NCBI GenBank assembly: GCA_902384455.1
Contig: CABMCB010000083.1
Location: 1 to 17,106, forward strand
Direction of reading: 5' to 3'
From: an uncultured archaeon
GTDB lineage: Archaea; Altiarchaeota; Altiarchaeia; IMC4; SCGC-AAA252-I15
Length of the DNA stretch: 17,106 nucleotides
In this document: piece by piece, positions 14,680 to 17,106 of the stretch
Position numbering within the stretch: position 1 is the first letter of the stretch
Layout of the letters: every line of letters begins with the position of its first letter
The notes under the pieces: model-generated
Told to the model about the DNA's origin: nothing
What the model saw: only the letters and a program-made list of their open reading frames with translations
Database searches by the model: none
Position numbers and translations under genes: made by a program

Positions 14680-15603
14680 ATGAACCAAAAACTCTCAAAG
14701 GGCATTATTGTTGCCCTCTTGTTTTCTTCCCTTCTTCTTGTTTCTTCCCTTACTGTACAACCAACCGCCGCATACGTTGGTTCAACGGTCCCTCCTGACG
14801 CCGTTCGTATTTGGGGCACCAACTGGAACAATATGACTCTCTGGCTGTGTGGTGGTACACCATTAGCAACATCACCCATTGATGGTGTATACACAGTCGC
14901 CGGTGACTTTCCAGCATTGGTCTTTAACAGCACCGAGTTTACCGCAGACACCGACTACTCAATTTATCAATTTGGTGACTCAGGTAGCTATCCTGACATG
15001 TGGTTCACAGTTAGCTACTCTTTTGAAAATCTAACAGCGGACAATTTTTTCTCTGCATTTCTGCTATCAGGCAAAGAAGGTGACACCCAATACGCAATAC
15101 AAGCTCTCGCTGATACATGGGCAACTTACCGCAATGGGTCCTCTATGAATATGACTGAGATAACTCCTGACCCAAGCGGTGTCATCGACGTTTTCATGCA
15201 TTTCGATAGTTCAGATGGTTACATAACAACTTACATGGACGGCGTGATGATTGATAACGCCACAAGTCTGAATACAAGCGACGGCGTAGGTGGTTTTGGC
15301 TTTCAAGTAGATAGCAATAACCATGAAGACGACATTGTTGTGAGGTTGTCGAACATGGGTGCTTATGTCCCTCTAGAGGATATTCCTACACCCACTCCTA
15401 CACCCTCTCCAACGCCTCACTCTGCGGGACCGGGACCTATGTGGTCTGGTTCTGGGTCTCACTCTTCGAGTTCAGACGGCACGCCTGTACCCGTTCAGCA
15501 AATAAGCATTTCACTGCATGGCTTAGAAGACTACTCTGTCCTCATAATCGTTATTGCCTTGGTGGTCGTTGTTTTGCTCGTGATTTATATTCGTAAAAAA
15601 TAG
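14680..15603 (+). CDS. Cell-surface protein: signal peptide, beta-rich (possibly LamG-like) domain, PT/S linker, C-terminal TM anchor (307 aa)
   Basis: Signal peptide, several N-x-S/T sequons, TYMDG motif, PTPTPTPSPTP linker, hydrophobic C-terminus followed by RKK. Confidence 0.8.
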   Translation: MNQKLSKGIIVALLFSSLLLVSSLTVQPTAAYVGSTVPPDAVRIWGTNWNNMTLWLCGGTPLATSPIDGVYTVAGDFPALVFNSTEFTADTDYSIYQFGDSGSYPDMWFTVSYSFENLTADNFFSAFLLSGKEGDTQYAIQALADTWATYRNGSSMNMTEITPDPSGVIDVFMHFDSSDGYITTYMDGVMIDNATSLNTSDGVGGFGFQVDSNNHEDDIVVRLSNMGAYVPLEDIPTPTPTPSPTPHSAGPGPMWSGSGSHSSSSDGTPVPVQQISISLHGLEDYSVLIIVIALVVVVLLVIYIRKK

Positions 15604-15604
15604 T

Positions 15605-15820
15605 TTAGGAACCGTCAAGGTCAGTTGGGCAGATAAACCCTTGATGCTGAATTATCTCGTCTTTAAACGCCTCAAGCACAGGTTTTCTCATTAGCCGAGG
15701 GTTCTTTTTGGTATAAAGCTCGCCGCAGACAAACATCGAAACTTCACCCGTTTTCAAATCTTCATCAAAAGAGATGTTGGTGCCCTCAGTGTTCATGTTA
15801 ACCTTTGTCATCTTTCCCAT
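15605..15820 (-). CDS. Hypothetical protein (about 71 aa)
   Basis: Fills the gap between two + genes. Start uncertain (ATG 15820 or 15811). No TGGGTG upstream. Confidence 0.55.
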   Translation of the reverse strand: MGKMTKVNMNTEGTNISFDEDLKTGEVSMFVCGELYTKKNPRLMRKPVLEAFKDEIIQHQGFICPTDLDGS

Positions 15821-15878
15821 CCCTTCTAAATTCCTTTGACAAGCGATATATACTTTATCAAACAATTTAGTGCTCACA

Positions 15879-17009
15879 ATGTCGTACTTCCCAACCCCTG
15901 AAGAGGTCGTCCATGTTCACGAGACCCGCGATAAACTCGTCAAATTGACACTGGAAGGTCTGAAAAACGCTCACATCAACGCTCACGTTGAAGCGGCTGG
16001 GTCAACAGCAAAGGATACTTGGGTTAGGGGCAAATTCGATTACGACATTTTCGTTGTTTCACCCAGCTACAAACATGCCTACTTTGCAATGTCTGAGACT
16101 TTCCCGCAAGGTTTTCACAAAGAAGCTAAGGGCACCTTAGAAATCTGGCACTTCCTGTACAACGGGGAAGACGTTGACTTAGTCTTCATTCCACCAGACC
16201 ACGAACGAATAGACACCCTCAAGCATACTGAATACATGAACAATCATCTAGACGCTAAAAAGCGAAAAGAAGTAATCACCGGCAAAGCATTCTTCGATGG
16301 CGTTGGTGTTCTACGTCCTGAAACTGGCGGGATTCCCAGCGTTGCCGTCGAAGCCGCTGTTATCCAATATGGTTCTCTAGAAAAAGTCTGCCAAGTATGG
16401 GCTAAAAGCGAAGCTGTCCCCTTCCTAGCGGACCCGGCAAAACCAACTCGAAACATGTTGGCTTCCGTTTACCCTCAGCGTTGGGCGCAAACCCGGTGGT
16501 ACTGCAACAACTTTACGAAATCTCTCAAACGCCAGCGGCAAGCAGAGATAGACGCAAAACAATACAGCCCTGAGAAATACGTGGAAGCACATGAAGACTT
16601 CACCCATATGCATTTTCCCCGCCATAGCGACAGAGCAACCGACTTCTTAACTGCCCTCTCTGCGTGTAACACTTCGCTTAGAGAGATTCAGAATCAGCAC
16701 AGAGAAGTCAAAGGTGTCTGCGATGCCTACGTCTTCGAGGACATAGTTGTCAGCTTCACCGTTACCCCAAAGGTACTTGGTGCTAAAAAACTACACTGCG
16801 GTCCGCCCCTTTCAATGACTCGGGAAGTAGAGGCGTTCACAAAAGAATACCCCGATGCGTTTGTTCAGGACGGCAGAGTATGCGTGGTTAAGGACCGTGG
16901 AGAAATTGACGTTAACGCTTTGATGCAAGAGAAAATCGCTAAACGATTCAATAGTTTTAAACCTCGCTCAAAACGTGAACGTGAAGAGGACATGCCTTAT
17001 CCTTTTTAG
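15879..17009 (+). CDS. cca: Divergent archaeal-type (class I) CCA-adding enzyme / tRNA nucleotidyltransferase homologue (376 aa)
   Basis: Motifs in the order known from archaeal CCA enzymes: GSTAKDTW..G..DYDIF, VDLV, DT..H, EV...K.F....G, E......YGS, DP..P.RN and the tail HCGPP. ATATATA at 15846-15852. Confidence 0.8.
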   Translation: MSYFPTPEEVVHVHETRDKLVKLTLEGLKNAHINAHVEAAGSTAKDTWVRGKFDYDIFVVSPSYKHAYFAMSETFPQGFHKEAKGTLEIWHFLYNGEDVDLVFIPPDHERIDTLKHTEYMNNHLDAKKRKEVITGKAFFDGVGVLRPETGGIPSVAVEAAVIQYGSLEKVCQVWAKSEAVPFLADPAKPTRNMLASVYPQRWAQTRWYCNNFTKSLKRQRQAEIDAKQYSPEKYVEAHEDFTHMHFPRHSDRATDFLTALSACNTSLREIQNQHREVKGVCDAYVFEDIVVSFTVTPKVLGAKKLHCGPPLSMTREVEAFTKEYPDAFVQDGRVCVVKDRGEIDVNALMQEKIAKRFNSFKPRSKREREEDMPYPF

Positions 17010-17106
17010 GGCTTCTCATAGTTTAGGCTGATTTGAACTGAAAAACTACTTACTGAGTTGAGAGGTAAGTCGGGAGAAATTGCTAAAGTAACATGGGTGC
17101 ACACCA

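Noticed and set aside
1845-16607. CACCCA copies inside + strand genes (e.g. 1845, 2648, 7470, 11403, 14874, 15085, 15389, 16060, 16602)
   Set aside because: They lie within intact ORFs, are explained by Thr/His-Pro codons and lack the following A-tract and stop. Counted as background.
104-16672. Many short antisense or alternate-frame ORFs in the track (e.g. 104..403, 415..654, 6286..6645, 7365..7736, 8081..8392, 14457..14798, 16244..16456)
   Set aside because: They overlap better-supported genes, lack SD or promoter context and have shadow-like composition.
15879-17009. CBASS operon (nucleotidyltransferase plus JAB plus TM effector)
   Set aside because: The NTase keeps CCA-specific body and tail motifs (DP...RN, HxGPP), the JAB gene is 8 kb away, and no E1/E2 or recognisable effector is adjacent.
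17010-17106. Possible tRNA near the cca-like gene (window ends in ...CACCA)
   Set aside because: No cloverleaf or T-loop GTTCRA motif is visible; the terminal CCA is just the window edge.

Overview
A gene-dense 17.1 kb archaeal-type region. Evidence for archaeal origin: GGTG(A)-type Shine-Dalgarno (SD) sites, TATA-like promoters, oligo-T tracts after stops and a class I CCA-adding-enzyme homologue. A virus or extrachromosomal element, or a Bathyarchaeia-like variable island, is my inference and is not shown by the sequence. It holds about 32 mostly unrecognisable ORFs. Families I can recognise: a tandem LamG/ConA-like surface protein, a second PT-linker surface protein, a JAB/MPN protein, a CX5R dual-specificity phosphatase and a divergent CCA-adding-enzyme-like nucleotidyltransferase. 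The main signal is architectural. From position 138 to 14332 almost every gene junction carries the same hexamer in the same orientation, CACCCA (TGGGTG on the minus strand), 25 copies. Five copies lie between convergent stop codons, where an SD has no function. Minus-strand units read TGGGTG-ORF-stop-T tract with no room for a promoter. Plus-strand units carry their own conserved promoter. This is the layout expected of an integron-like gene-cassette array, or of a stop/start or RNA-processing signal. No recombinase is visible in the window, so the mechanism is a hypothesis.
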